Positions 47,592 through 58,675 of a stretch of DNA of 64,000 nt are shown here, one piece after another. Numbering within the stretch: the stretch's first letter is position 1; each line of letters starts with the position of its first letter. Source of the DNA: a virus (lineage: Duplodnaviria > Caudoviricetes); the IMG/VR virus record IMGVR_UViG_3300028603_000034, positions 1-64,000 of that record, one strand, 5' to 3'. The notes beneath the pieces are model-generated. The model was given only the letters and a program-made list of their open reading frames with translations. It ran no database searches and was not told where the DNA came from. Position numbers and translations under genes: made by a program.

Positions 47592-50291
47592 TTATATTTT
47601 TCTAGTATATATTTCCCAATTCATAGAACCTCTTATCGTTCTATTAGAACCATCTGAATATTGAACATTACTCTGATATACTATTGGTCTATAAGAACTA
47701 ACAGATGAACCATCCAACCTACGCATATTAATAGTTCCAAAATTAGTACTGTCAAATTGTGACCTTCCAAAATCATTCCTATTCACAACCAACCCACCAT
47801 CCCTATTACGGTAAGATACAATTGATCCATTACTATGTTCTTTATGTTCAAAAATTATATCATTTGATGTAGTTACACCTCGTAAAACAGAAATTAAATC
47901 ATCATTTTGATCTACACCAATTTCTAACAATTTTGCAATTATAAAATAATTAAATCCTCTCAACGAATATATCAAACTTCCTGATCTATTCTGTTTACTT
48001 TTACTTCTAGCAATCCATCTAATATTATTAATAACAATTTTATCTACTATAGTTCTTTTTTGTACAATAGTTTCTTTATTATTCACGAGAATATAATAAT
48101 CTATTTCAAATCCTGTACCATCTAAACACCAATTCGATAATCCTATTCCTTTTTTTTGATCTGAGTTTAAATCATCCATATTGTAAGCACCATCCAAATA
48201 TACATTAATTGTTTCATTTTCTATCAATGATCCAATATCAATAAAGTCAGTAGGTATATTTGTAAAATCAACTCCAAAAAAATCATTTCTTGAATTTTGA
48301 AATCTTTTTAATATAGATGATTGATCAGAATCACTTCTATGAAAACATACCAAACTATCATATCTAGTTGTTTCCGGACCCGATAAATGTAATCCACCAT
48401 CCCTAATATATAATTTTTTTACATATATAATTTCATCATCTTCGGTAGGTGGTAATTGTATACCTATATTATGTATTCTATTTTCTTGTTCTAATATTGC
48501 ATCTAAATTTCTTGTTACTATTTGAAATTTTTCATCAAATAATTCTTCTTTATTAACATTAGTAACAGTTTCTTGAGTAGGAACAAAAAATAAATCATCA
48601 TTATCTTCATTTACTATAATATTAGAACTCCAATCAAATTCATCGACAATATTAATAGCCTGTATATTTGTTGGTGTTATTTGCAATTTTTTATGTTTTC
48701 CACCTGTAATATATTTAATATTTTCAATTGGAATCTCTACTTGTATTCCTGTAGAAATTAACTCATTATTAATATCTATTGTTGTAGTATACACAATATA
48801 AGAATTTTCCATTATTTTATATAAAATAAAAATGTCCCACAAATTATTATCATTAATAGCAAAAACGTATGAATCTACCTTATTAAAAAATGATAATTTA
48901 CTAATAGTACCTTCACCTAATTGCATATCAATTGTCTTGATATTATCACTATCAATATTATTTGTGTATACAAAATTCCATCTATTAAATATATCACCAA
49001 GATTATCCACATTAATAGGAATTAACGAATTGTGAATATTTATAGGTCTATTCACAATATTTCTAAGTGATCGTACATATAGTTCATTTATACCTTGATT
49101 TGATTGTCCTAAATCAATATTAGTTCTCATTGGGATTAAACTATTTTGAACTTTAATTTCATCAGTTGATTTAATTTGAATATCTTCTATTGAGGATATT
49201 CTTATTTTCTTATTACTATCAATAGATAAATCTAAATCTGTATAATTTTTTAAATTTCCAAAGATATTACTATTCACATATACATCTATATTATCTAATG
49301 TAAATATTTTATCTTGTCCATCAAATTTAATATTATTACCTTCATTGTCATCCATATCAAATACATTATCTAATAGGTATAGATGATTCCATCTATTATT
49401 ATTTTTACCTATTCCATATTCATCATCGTATTTTGGATATATAGTATTATTTGTTTCTAAATAATAATTATCCAATTCTGTAACTATTCTAAAATCAGTT
49501 CTTTGTTTTTCATAATCTTCATCTAAGAATCCTAATGATATTAAATTATACGAATCATCAGTAGATGACGATAGTAACTTAGTAAAACTATCTTTCTTAC
49601 TGTCACCTTGATATATATATTTTCTTCTATCATTTATAGAAGTAGTTTTTGATATGTATACAGAACCATCAAATGATATTATTTTATCTCCTCCCAAAGT
49701 CCAATAACTTCCTTCATCTGTATATGGTAAAGGATCATAGTTAATAGAATCGGTATTATTATCAATAACAAAATCTAATAATAAAGAATCATTACCACTA
49801 TCTATTTGAATAGGTTCATTATAAATACAATATCCAAACAAAAAAGGTTCGGATGGAATTGTCTCATTTGAAATTGCATCTGGTTTACTTCCTAATAAAA
49901 CACCATATAGTGCTATTTTATTTACTTTTATACTACCATACGTATCTATGATATCTTGATTTAATGTAATACTCGTATCAATAGTATAAACACTTTTATT
50001 TTTATTATTCTCGGTTAATGTTTGATATCCAATACCTAAAAACAAATTTTTATTTCGTGGGTATTTCATATTTGTAGGTTGTTCTCTCCAGTAAATAATA
50101 TCATCATTACCGTCACCAATTGATACATCTTTACTTTCCAAATCAACAACATCTGAAATATCAGTATCTTTTTCTATTCTAGAATCAAACATTGGAAGAT
50201 AATACATTAAACGTATTTTTATTCCAAATTCATGTGATTCATTAATTTTATTTACACCATTAGTAACTATTATAGCATTTGTTGGTTGCAT
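47592..50291 (-). CDS. Tail fibre / baseplate-attached protein
   Basis: AIIVTNG.NKI N-terminus and RWNHLYL repeats shared with 50329..51843; lies in the tail module. Confidence 0.6.
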   Translation of the reverse strand: MQPTNAIIVTNGVNKINESHEFGIKIRLMYYLPMFDSRIEKDTDISDVVDLESKDVSIGDGNDDIIYWREQPTNMKYPRNKNLFLGIGYQTLTENNKNKSVYTIDTSITLNQDIIDTYGSIKVNKIALYGVLLGSKPDAISNETIPSEPFLFGYCIYNEPIQIDSGNDSLLLDFVIDNNTDSINYDPLPYTDEGSYWTLGGDKIISFDGSVYISKTTSINDRRKYIYQGDSKKDSFTKLLSSSTDDSYNLISLGFLDEDYEKQRTDFRIVTELDNYYLETNNTIYPKYDDEYGIGKNNNRWNHLYLLDNVFDMDDNEGNNIKFDGQDKIFTLDNIDVYVNSNIFGNLKNYTDLDLSIDSNKKIRISSIEDIQIKSTDEIKVQNSLIPMRTNIDLGQSNQGINELYVRSLRNIVNRPINIHNSLIPINVDNLGDIFNRWNFVYTNNIDSDNIKTIDMQLGEGTISKLSFFNKVDSYVFAINDNNLWDIFILYKIMENSYIVYTTTIDINNELISTGIQVEIPIENIKYITGGKHKKLQITPTNIQAINIVDEFDWSSNIIVNEDNDDLFFVPTQETVTNVNKEELFDEKFQIVTRNLDAILEQENRIHNIGIQLPPTEDDEIIYVKKLYIRDGGLHLSGPETTRYDSLVCFHRSDSDQSSILKRFQNSRNDFFGVDFTNIPTDFIDIGSLIENETINVYLDGAYNMDDLNSDQKKGIGLSNWCLDGTGFEIDYYILVNNKETIVQKRTIVDKIVINNIRWIARSKSKQNRSGSLIYSLRGFNYFIIAKLLEIGVDQNDDLISVLRGVTTSNDIIFEHKEHSNGSIVSYRNRDGGLVVNRNDFGRSQFDSTNFGTINMRRLDGSSVSSYRPIVYQSNVQYSDGSNRTIRGSMNWEIYTRKI

Positions 50292-50328
50292 TATTAATAT
50301 CCTATTATAAAATATTCAATTGTTATAA

Positions 50329-51843
50329 TTATACTATCTGTATATCTTCTACATAAAAATTCTGTACGGGATTATCAATAGTACCAATAGTTAGGTTATT
50401 ACCCCATATATTTTCAGCATCTAAAGTTAATTCATTATCCCCATCAGTTATTAACATTCTAACCGATACATCTATATTATCTCCAACTAAATTACCACAT
50501 ATAATTGAAATACTATCGATGTTTGTTACATATAATTGTTGCCATCTATTATTGGACGTACCTAAATTAATATTTCCAGCTGGAATCAAATTATTATAGA
50601 CAAATAAATTATTATCATCTCTATTACTTATTATATTATCTACAAATATACTAAACCAACTATTATCAATAGAACCAAAACTAATATTAGTCCTTGTTGG
50701 AATAATATTATTATCTACTCTAATATTTCTATTATTCCCTGCTCTTATTTCAACATCCTCTCCAGACTTAATTATCATCCCATTATCACTTTCTATTAAT
50801 AAATCTTGATCAGGATAATTATGTAAATTTCCGTGAAAATATTTATTACTAAAAATATCTACATTATGAAAAATTGCTTTCTGTTCTACTAAATCAAATT
50901 TAATAAATGAATTATCATTAACATCTATCGGAGCATATTTACCCTCATTCAATTCCACATTAATATTTTCATTATATATTTCAAATACATCAGATAAATA
51001 TAAATGATTCCATCTTCTATTAGACAATCCCAAACCAGGAGTCAATCCATTTTGTTTTGGAATTAACGAATAATTCGATTCATTACAAGCACCATAAAAA
51101 TCTAATTCACAATTTCCCTCTGATGTTGTTCTAAATGTTGTTCTTATTCTTCTACCATCTTGATGTACAAATTGTAAACAAAGTTGTGGCATGTCTCTTT
51201 CTCTACTTGGATTCTCACCATTAATTGTATGTTTTGTTGAAACAAACAATTTAGAAATTCCCACATCATCAGAATCAAATTGATTGTTTATATGTACTTC
51301 ACCATCATATAGAATACCAAATTTATCATCGTGTTCATTTATAATACGAACCCAAAAATCTTCCGATGATGAATAGAAAATTTCTCTAAAATCTACTGAT
51401 AAATTAGATTCTAATTGAAAATCTATTGTTACATCTCCACCATACTGAGAAGCTCCACTAGTCTCTAATGTAATAGTTTGAGGAATCATTAATTGAGCAA
51501 ATAAAGTTTCATCTTCGGTATATAATGCTACTTTGTTAAATGTAATATTATAATCCGGTCTAACAGTTACTTTAAAATTACCCCTCGATTGATCAACATC
51601 ATCAACTATTGGTGAATATGAAATTCCCTCATAAAAACCAGAACTTGTTGTTGGTTCTTTCCATAATATCGTTCCTTCTGGTTCCGTTGAAGCAGAACTA
51701 ACATAATCAAGTATATCAACAGCCGTAGTGGGTATACTATCATCATAAACAGGAACATAATATTTAATTTTTATAAATTCACCTGTTGTATGGTCGGATA
51801 TCTTATTAATTCCAGCACTTGTTATAATGGCATATTGAGCCAT
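50329..51843 (-). CDS. Tail fibre / baseplate-attached protein (paralogue of 47592..50291)
   Basis: AIITSAGINKI...KIKYY.P.YD; repeated G....RW..LY motifs. Confidence 0.6.
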   Translation of the reverse strand: MAQYAIITSAGINKISDHTTGEFIKIKYYVPVYDDSIPTTAVDILDYVSSASTEPEGTILWKEPTTSSGFYEGISYSPIVDDVDQSRGNFKVTVRPDYNITFNKVALYTEDETLFAQLMIPQTITLETSGASQYGGDVTIDFQLESNLSVDFREIFYSSSEDFWVRIINEHDDKFGILYDGEVHINNQFDSDDVGISKLFVSTKHTINGENPSRERDMPQLCLQFVHQDGRRIRTTFRTTSEGNCELDFYGACNESNYSLIPKQNGLTPGLGLSNRRWNHLYLSDVFEIYNENINVELNEGKYAPIDVNDNSFIKFDLVEQKAIFHNVDIFSNKYFHGNLHNYPDQDLLIESDNGMIIKSGEDVEIRAGNNRNIRVDNNIIPTRTNISFGSIDNSWFSIFVDNIISNRDDNNLFVYNNLIPAGNINLGTSNNRWQQLYVTNIDSISIICGNLVGDNIDVSVRMLITDGDNELTLDAENIWGNNLTIGTIDNPVQNFYVEDIQIV

Positions 51844-51885
51844 AATCTATCTCCTCGTTCAAACAATTCATATATATTTATATTA

Positions 51886-53109
51886 TTATTCGTTTCTCAA
51901 AACAATATGTCTTTTCACATTAATAAAAGGAAAAACATATTTTTTTGTTTCTTTTCTAGTATAACCAGCAATACCATCAAATACAGTATTTATTGGTTTT
52001 ATAGACAGTACTGCATTTTTTATATTTGTCTGTCTATCCTTTTCTGATAGTAAACCTACACTATCATCTATCGAATACCATAATTTAAAATGTGGAGTCG
52101 AAACATATGGATTATCACCTGCATCAACATTACGAATATTAGAAATATCTTCTGTTGTTGTTTTCGATCCTAAATTTCTTGGCAATGTTAATATCCAATT
52201 TTCAAAATTAATACCCGTTAAATTAACATTTTGATCTGGTATAGTTCCATTCTCCAATAATAAACCAAATGAAATTATACATATTTGTTTATATAATTCT
52301 TTAAATGTAATATCAGATGACAATATATCATCATTCTCTATACCCCTAATAACATCCAACATAGAATCATCTATTGTTGGGTCTTTATAATCAGTAGTAT
52401 AATAATAAACAAAATCTCCAATTAAACCAAAACTAAATAACATCATTTGAACTGCATTTCTAGTAGTCTTTATTTTATACCATTCGGGTAAATTTCTAAT
52501 AATAAATCTCAAATACTTATCTCTATTTGCATTAGATTCAAATTGTTGTTTTAGTAATTGTTCTGCTGATGTTTCATACGATTGTATATCAGCAGAAGTT
52601 AAAAAATATTGACCTATATCTTCTCTACTCAATCCAACAGAATATCCCAAGTTATTAGCATAATGTTGAATTAATTCTATTGGTATTAAGTCTGGATCGA
52701 TCAAATCAGAAAGTCTATGAATCTTTTCTAATATTGAAATTCTTCCAGATTGAGGAACACATTGATTAGTAAATTCAATTGATGCAACTTCTTCTGTAAA
52801 TGTATCATGTGTAGAACTATCAATACGATATGTCCCAATCACAGGACTCAATGCACACGAAGATGTTTCAATATCACAAGCAGTAACATCTATTGGATTT
52901 TCTTCTAATAATAATCCACATTCCCCTTCATACATCTCATTTAAATATTCATTAAAAACTTCAAATAATTGTTGCACTTGACTATCTTGCAAATATTCAG
53001 GCAAATATTGTACTATATCTATAAATCTACATTTACCAAATCTAATAGGTTGTTGTGGACCAAATAGTCGAATCCAATTCTCTTTTAATCTTTGTGCTAC
53101 TTTATTCAT
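51886..53109 (-). CDS. Baseplate wedge protein (tail protein I/gp7-like)
   Basis: LIDPDLIP..LI..YA.NLG and Y..K.T...V motifs. Confidence 0.6.
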   Translation of the reverse strand: MNKVAQRLKENWIRLFGPQQPIRFGKCRFIDIVQYLPEYLQDSQVQQLFEVFNEYLNEMYEGECGLLLEENPIDVTACDIETSSCALSPVIGTYRIDSSTHDTFTEEVASIEFTNQCVPQSGRISILEKIHRLSDLIDPDLIPIELIQHYANNLGYSVGLSREDIGQYFLTSADIQSYETSAEQLLKQQFESNANRDKYLRFIIRNLPEWYKIKTTRNAVQMMLFSFGLIGDFVYYYTTDYKDPTIDDSMLDVIRGIENDDILSSDITFKELYKQICIISFGLLLENGTIPDQNVNLTGINFENWILTLPRNLGSKTTTEDISNIRNVDAGDNPYVSTPHFKLWYSIDDSVGLLSEKDRQTNIKNAVLSIKPINTVFDGIAGYTRKETKKYVFPFINVKRHIVLRNE

Positions 53110-53114
53110 ATATT

Positions 53115-54455
53115 TTATTCCTTTGGTACATAAATTACTTGTAATCTAACATCAAAAGATTCTCCATGATGTCCACAATAAATATGTTGAATTGTATCAT
53201 TTGGATTCTCAATATCACCATATTCTCTTACTGCTGATATTTGAGGATTGTTACCATAATCAAAAAACCATATAAATTCAGAAACATCACACGCACTCAA
53301 ACACGCAACATTAGGAATGTAATCTTTTGCTTGGAAATTAACTACCAATGGAGAAGTACCAAATCTAACATCAGAATCAAAATTAGCCCATACACAAATA
53401 ACACCCCTCGTATCAACCTCTAATACCTCAAGCTCTAATGTAGGAATATCTAATATGTCATTAGATACAGAAACTCCTATATCCATAACTTCAATTTCTA
53501 ATATAGGAACTTCTATATCAATTTCTATATTTTCATAATCTGGACCAAAATAAAAAGAACCTATGTGACCTCGATTCTCTTCATCGGATTCTTTGAAAAA
53601 ATTAAAAGCACCTCTTCCTATTCTTTGATTTTCATAGAAACCAATATCAATCCCATCGTCTAACCAAATAGAGCTTCTGTCATCAGTAGTAGTAACTGTA
53701 ACACCATAATCATCATATATGATATTATCAGCAGATATTGAATCAATATTTGGAAGTGTTTCTAGTGGAACCCAATCATAATCATTTTCAAATAAAATAA
53801 CATCAGATGCTGATAATTCTGATTCAATATCTTGTTGTGAATCTGTAAATGTATTATATTGAAAATTAAATGCTGCTGTATCAACTCCAAGATCAGAAAC
53901 CATCGAATCTATAAATACACAGTCATAAAAATTAAAAGTAGAAGCATATGCTGAAACAGGATATTCAATCATATCAAATGGATTAACGTCATTAAAAGTA
54001 CATCCATTAAAATCTATAGTAATATTTTCACTATTTAATTGATTATATATAATACAATTTTTCATTTTAATCGTATTAATTTTATTAGTAGTAGATGGAT
54101 CATCAAAATAAATACTATCAAAAATTCCATTTTGTATAGTAATTTCTGAATTATTCATATTATAAATAATATTCAAGTAAGGATTTGAATCTATCTTAAA
54201 AAAATATGGTTCGTTATCTTCCCAAGATGTTATTGTTATATTTGTATATGTTGTTGCTATAAATGGTAACGAAGATGCGTCTGTTCTTGTTCCTTTTAAT
54301 CTTAAAACATCCCCATCTTGTAGTTGAACTCCATCAAGTGTTCCACCTGATATTAATTGCATAAACATACCCCAATCACCAGGATTATTAATAGTTAAAT
54401 ATGGTGGTGGTCCTAATATAAAATTATTATCTATATTAAAATAATATGTTGACAT
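53115..54455 (-). CDS. Virion protein with beta-helix-like region and C-terminal PKD-like domain
   Basis: G.SPLVVNF...WFFDYG...H.Y. Confidence 0.55.
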   Translation of the reverse strand: MSTYYFNIDNNFILGPPPYLTINNPGDWGMFMQLISGGTLDGVQLQDGDVLRLKGTRTDASSLPFIATTYTNITITSWEDNEPYFFKIDSNPYLNIIYNMNNSEITIQNGIFDSIYFDDPSTTNKINTIKMKNCIIYNQLNSENITIDFNGCTFNDVNPFDMIEYPVSAYASTFNFYDCVFIDSMVSDLGVDTAAFNFQYNTFTDSQQDIESELSASDVILFENDYDWVPLETLPNIDSISADNIIYDDYGVTVTTTDDRSSIWLDDGIDIGFYENQRIGRGAFNFFKESDEENRGHIGSFYFGPDYENIEIDIEVPILEIEVMDIGVSVSNDILDIPTLELEVLEVDTRGVICVWANFDSDVRFGTSPLVVNFQAKDYIPNVACLSACDVSEFIWFFDYGNNPQISAVREYGDIENPNDTIQHIYCGHHGESFDVRLQVIYVPKE

Positions 54456-54459
54456 TTAT

Positions 54460-55023
54460 TTATCCTTTGTGTTTATATTTTTTAACATCTATAAATTTAC
54501 AATCATATTTAGATATAAGTTTTCTACTATTAAGAATCCGTAAAATCCAACTATGAGGTATATTAGGATAATCTTTAATATTAAGAATACAATATTTTAA
54601 CGCATCCCCGAAAAATTTTTTATCACCATACATCAAATAACAATCATATTTCTTACCAAAATTAGACAAATAAACAATACCTTTTTCAAAAATAAGATCA
54701 TCTAATAAAGTAATATCACAATCCAAATACAACACGTCATCGTTTTTTGATAAATAGTCTAATCTTATTATATCAGATTTATAACAATATCCTTTGGTTG
54801 TATTTTGTATTTTTTTCCAAACAAAATCGATATCACTATTCTGTTTTATTTCTTTAATATAATCATTACTGTTAATCCAAGTAATATTCTTATCTTTTAA
54901 AAAATTAGTATTAGATATTAAAATATATTCATCATTATCACTTACTCTATCCAAAACAGATTTCATACAATCCAATATATATTTATTTGGTTTTTTTCCT
55001 AACCATATCTGCAAATATTTCAA
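54460..55023 (-). CDS. GT32-like DxD glycosyltransferase
   Basis: Q.WLG, KSDIIRL..L and LYLDCD. Confidence 0.7.
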   Translation of the reverse strand: MKYLQIWLGKKPNKYILDCMKSVLDRVSDNDEYILISNTNFLKDKNITWINSNDYIKEIKQNSDIDFVWKKIQNTTKGYCYKSDIIRLDYLSKNDDVLYLDCDITLLDDLIFEKGIVYLSNFGKKYDCYLMYGDKKFFGDALKYCILNIKDYPNIPHSWILRILNSRKLISKYDCKFIDVKKYKHKG

Positions 55024-55056
55024 AACAAATCTCCAATATTTTAAGTTTATATGTAT

Positions 55057-56025
55057 TTATATAAATCCATCATATTTATTCATACAGTTGATACTACAAT
55101 ATTTGGTGCAATTAGTTATAATATTTTCATTTTTTTTATCATACCAAAAATCTTTTAATTCATCAAATGTATTAATTTTTTTCTTAATAATATTATGTGA
55201 ACACAAACTAATAGATATCTCACCCTCGTTATTTAATTGAATCAACTTATAATCACAATTATTAGGAAAAACATATCCACGTCTACGTTCTTTTGGTGAT
55301 AAAAAAGTTTGATTAGAAATATTAAAATATTCAAGTATATGATTTATTTTATCATTACACAAATAAGATTGATATCTATTTTTATAGGTATTTAATACTT
55401 CATTTAATTTATCAACATCTTTAATAAACAAATCAGAAAATTTAAATCTATTTATATCCGAATATTTAAAATTTGGTTCAATAACAGAAAATCTTGGAAA
55501 TATACCTAACTCATCACAAAAATCACAATAATCTATGAAATGATCCAAATTCTTAGATGACAATGATAAGTTAGTATGCACTTTGATATTTTCATCTAAT
55601 AAATGATTTATACTTTTAATTGCTAATGAATATGAATTTTTATTACCTCTTAATTTATTATGAACTTCTTCAATATGTGAATCTAATGATATGATAACAC
55701 ATTCAACCTTACCCTTTAATGATTTAGAAATTTCTTTATTTATCAATGTTCCATTACTAAACAATAAGAATTTTAATTTTTTCTCGAATACATAGTTAAT
55801 AATATTCATATAATTATTATTTAATAACGGTTCCCCACCGTGAAATAATACATAACCATCAGGATTCAATTTACTAAACCAATCAACTACTTTAAATATT
55901 TTATCATTAGACAATAATAATTTTTCATTTAATGTATGAATATCACAGTGTTTACATTTTAAATTACATTGATGTCCTATTGGAATCCACAAAATTTTAG
56001 GAGTATTCATATCAAATCCAATCAA
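55057..56025 (-). CDS. Radical SAM protein
   Basis: CNLKCKHC, GGEPLL, SNGTLI, ISLD and H..LRG; C-terminal Cys cluster. Confidence 0.88.
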   Translation of the reverse strand: MIGFDMNTPKILWIPIGHQCNLKCKHCDIHTLNEKLLLSNDKIFKVVDWFSKLNPDGYVLFHGGEPLLNNNYMNIINYVFEKKLKFLLFSNGTLINKEISKSLKGKVECVIISLDSHIEEVHNKLRGNKNSYSLAIKSINHLLDENIKVHTNLSLSSKNLDHFIDYCDFCDELGIFPRFSVIEPNFKYSDINRFKFSDLFIKDVDKLNEVLNTYKNRYQSYLCNDKINHILEYFNISNQTFLSPKERRRGYVFPNNCDYKLIQLNNEGEISISLCSHNIIKKKINTFDELKDFWYDKKNENIITNCTKYCSINCMNKYDGFI

Positions 56026-57221
56026 TAAATTATATTATTATTACTTATACTAACGTATGTTTTCATTACTTTTTTAAAGTCTTGCATTGCTTTATTACAA
56101 TTACATTTATTATAAGAATCTATTATTTTCTTATAAGTATTTCTAGCAAAAAATAATTGTAAATATTTCTTACTTTCGGAGGTATTCAAATAATCAAATT
56201 TAATTTTGTTAGAATTTACCAATAAATCGTATATAGTACTACCTTTAACAATATTTATATTATTTGTATCGAAATATGACATATACAAACCATTTTGCAT
56301 AGAACATAATGAAGTATCTAGTAGTACATCTGTTTGAATTATAGTATCGGAATAAGTATTATCAAATTCTATTAATTTTTTCAATTTGTGTGATAATGCA
56401 TCAAAAATTCTTTTATTCTTTCTTGATCTAATACGTACTCTTGTTTTATGATATTTATGTTCAACAAAACTTTTATTAGAACAAGAAAATATATATCCAT
56501 TAGTCACAAACAATAATAACCCAATAAAATTATCCTCATACCCCCAAGTACCATCAAATCTACTGTTAAAAATTTGATCTTCTTTCGTTGTAGATATTCT
56601 ATTATTAATATTAATACACAAATCTATTGCTTTTTTATTCATAGATAAATTACAAGAATGTGTTGCAACAAAATCTTTATGATATATTAATGAATGTAAT
56701 AACTTTCCATTTCTATTACTAAATATAACATCTCTAGTATCTTTTTCATTCATTAAATTATTATAATCAGTATCCCTTCTATCTCCAACATCTATACCAT
56801 TTTTATCGTATGCTTTTCTTCTACCACAAGAAACCGATGGAGCATCTATTCGATTCAAATTTTCTATATGTTCACTTATTACATATCTATTAGGAATACA
56901 ATCACCATCCATAAATAAAACTTTATCAGGAATACCATATCGACTTTTATAAACAGAAAAACCAAAATTTCGTGTATTTCCAGCAGAAAAATTTTTACCA
57001 GTTTTTTTCTCAACATAATCAATAGGAATAGATGATTTGATTGATTTTATAATATCTAAAGAATTATCGGTACATCTATCCAATATAAAAAAAATCATAG
57101 AGGGTTTTATAATCTGAGATTCAAACCCCTCTACAATATCCAAAATATAAGATGATTGATTGTGTGTAGGTATTAAACAAATCATATTATAACACATCAC
57201 AAATTGTTCCAGTATTTTCAC
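56022..57221 (-). CDS. GT2 glycosyltransferase
   Basis: IPTHNQ, DRCTD, AG.TRN.G, FMDGDC.P and WGYED. Confidence 0.85.
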   Translation of the reverse strand: MKILEQFVMCYNMICLIPTHNQSSYILDIVEGFESQIIKPSMIFFILDRCTDNSLDIIKSIKSSIPIDYVEKKTGKNFSAGNTRNFGFSVYKSRYGIPDKVLFMDGDCIPNRYVISEHIENLNRIDAPSVSCGRRKAYDKNGIDVGDRRDTDYNNLMNEKDTRDVIFSNRNGKLLHSLIYHKDFVATHSCNLSMNKKAIDLCININNRISTTKEDQIFNSRFDGTWGYEDNFIGLLLFVTNGYIFSCSNKSFVEHKYHKTRVRIRSRKNKRIFDALSHKLKKLIEFDNTYSDTIIQTDVLLDTSLCSMQNGLYMSYFDTNNINIVKGSTIYDLLVNSNKIKFDYLNTSESKKYLQLFFARNTYKKIIDSYNKCNCNKAMQDFKKVMKTYVSISNNNIIY

Positions 57222-57783
57222 CTGTAGAATCTAATATAAACCATTTTTTATTAGAGTTCTCATCCTTAGAACACATTAACGAAACAAAACCATAACTAGA
57301 TAAATCCATTATAAGATTATTTGTAGTATTACTTGTTGTGTCTACGTTTGGATATATAAACAATTCTGATGGGGCTACATTATCCGATAATTCTATTCCA
57401 ATTACAAATCTATCTTCTCCACCTTTCTCAGGATCTCCAGTTAATACTATCTTTAATTCATAACCAAAATCAAAATTATTTGCCGATGGTAATGAAAGAA
57501 AGTAATAAACGGGGCTATTATCAAATTCACTTTGAAAATTATCTGGATCGACTAATACCAAATCATAAAACTCATTTTCAACATCAACAAAATCATATCT
57601 AAAATGATAGATTGAATTTGATGAACAATCTAGAAATGTAGGACCAACAAAACTATTAGCATCTAATTCTAATACATTTCTTCTTTTTATTTTATAACTT
57701 TGAAAATTTGTTGATATCTCAAAATAATCATCATTATTTTTTATTTTTTTCTCATTTAATTGACTTATTTTAATACCATGCAT
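57187..57783 (-). CDS. Virion structural protein
   Basis: IKISQL N-terminus typical of tail-associated proteins. Confidence 0.5.
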   Translation of the reverse strand: MHGIKISQLNEKKIKNNDDYFEISTNFQSYKIKRRNVLELDANSFVGPTFLDCSSNSIYHFRYDFVDVENEFYDLVLVDPDNFQSEFDNSPVYYFLSLPSANNFDFGYELKIVLTGDPEKGGEDRFVIGIELSDNVAPSELFIYPNVDTTSNTTNNLIMDLSSYGFVSLMCSKDENSNKKWFILDSTGENTGTICDVL

Positions 57784-57801
57784 ACGTTACATCTCCTTTA
57801 A

Positions 57802-58659
57802 TTAATCATCCTCTATGATCCTAATAGTATCATCTTCGATAACTCTTCTAACTTCATCTTCTGTTATTCTAGAATTTAAAAACATACCACATTCATTAAG
57901 ATAATCTATTCTTGGATATCCAAATAAACCAGTCTCATAATCTTTATATTCAGGAAACCCATATCCAGGATTAGCAGGACAGAATATATTGTCGAATGGT
58001 TCTAAGTCTTTTCTATTTTTAATAACATAAACAATATCTTGATTATAAAAATCATTTGTTCTCCAGAAAGGAAAGTCACTATCCTCCATTATATCATCCG
58101 GTCCCCAATCAAATTGATTTCTATAATGATCGTTTTCAACTTCATAAGACTTATTATATCTACTATTTACTGTATCTGCATCATCTATAAAAACAGTGCC
58201 TATAAAATTAATATCTGGTATGTTTGTGATGTTAGGAACATCATAAAAAGTATCAACGATTGTTGCATAGACTTCTGGTGAATTTTTATCTATTCCTACA
58301 TTCTCATAATTAATACCAGTGCCAAAACATCTTGAGTTATCTAATACTCTATAATTACTTATATTATCAATATCAAGAGATGAATTATGAAATATTCGTA
58401 TCAATGGATCGATATCAACAACATTATAATAACTGTTATCAAAATCATCCAACACATAAAGACCACCAGTTATAATTACAAAATTAGTACCAAAATTATA
58501 TATCCAATTATAATCAATAATACCAGCATCCATAGTGATAATCAAAGCATATCCACCAGGGTTATTTGAATTATTATAAATGATATTATTAGATATCTCA
58601 ATAAAAGATTCATTTGATTGTGAACTTACAATTATTGCTGAATTATCTGACATAATCAT
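57802..58659 (-). CDS. Virion structural protein
   Basis: Asn/Asp/Ile-rich, in the tail module. Confidence 0.55.
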   Translation of the reverse strand: MIMSDNSAIIVSSQSNESFIEISNNIIYNNSNNPGGYALIITMDAGIIDYNWIYNFGTNFVIITGGLYVLDDFDNSYYNVVDIDPLIRIFHNSSLDIDNISNYRVLDNSRCFGTGINYENVGIDKNSPEVYATIVDTFYDVPNITNIPDINFIGTVFIDDADTVNSRYNKSYEVENDHYRNQFDWGPDDIMEDSDFPFWRTNDFYNQDIVYVIKNRKDLEPFDNIFCPANPGYGFPEYKDYETGLFGYPRIDYLNECGMFLNSRITEDEVRRVIEDDTIRIIEDD

Positions 58660-58675
58660 TTCCTATTTAAAATTC

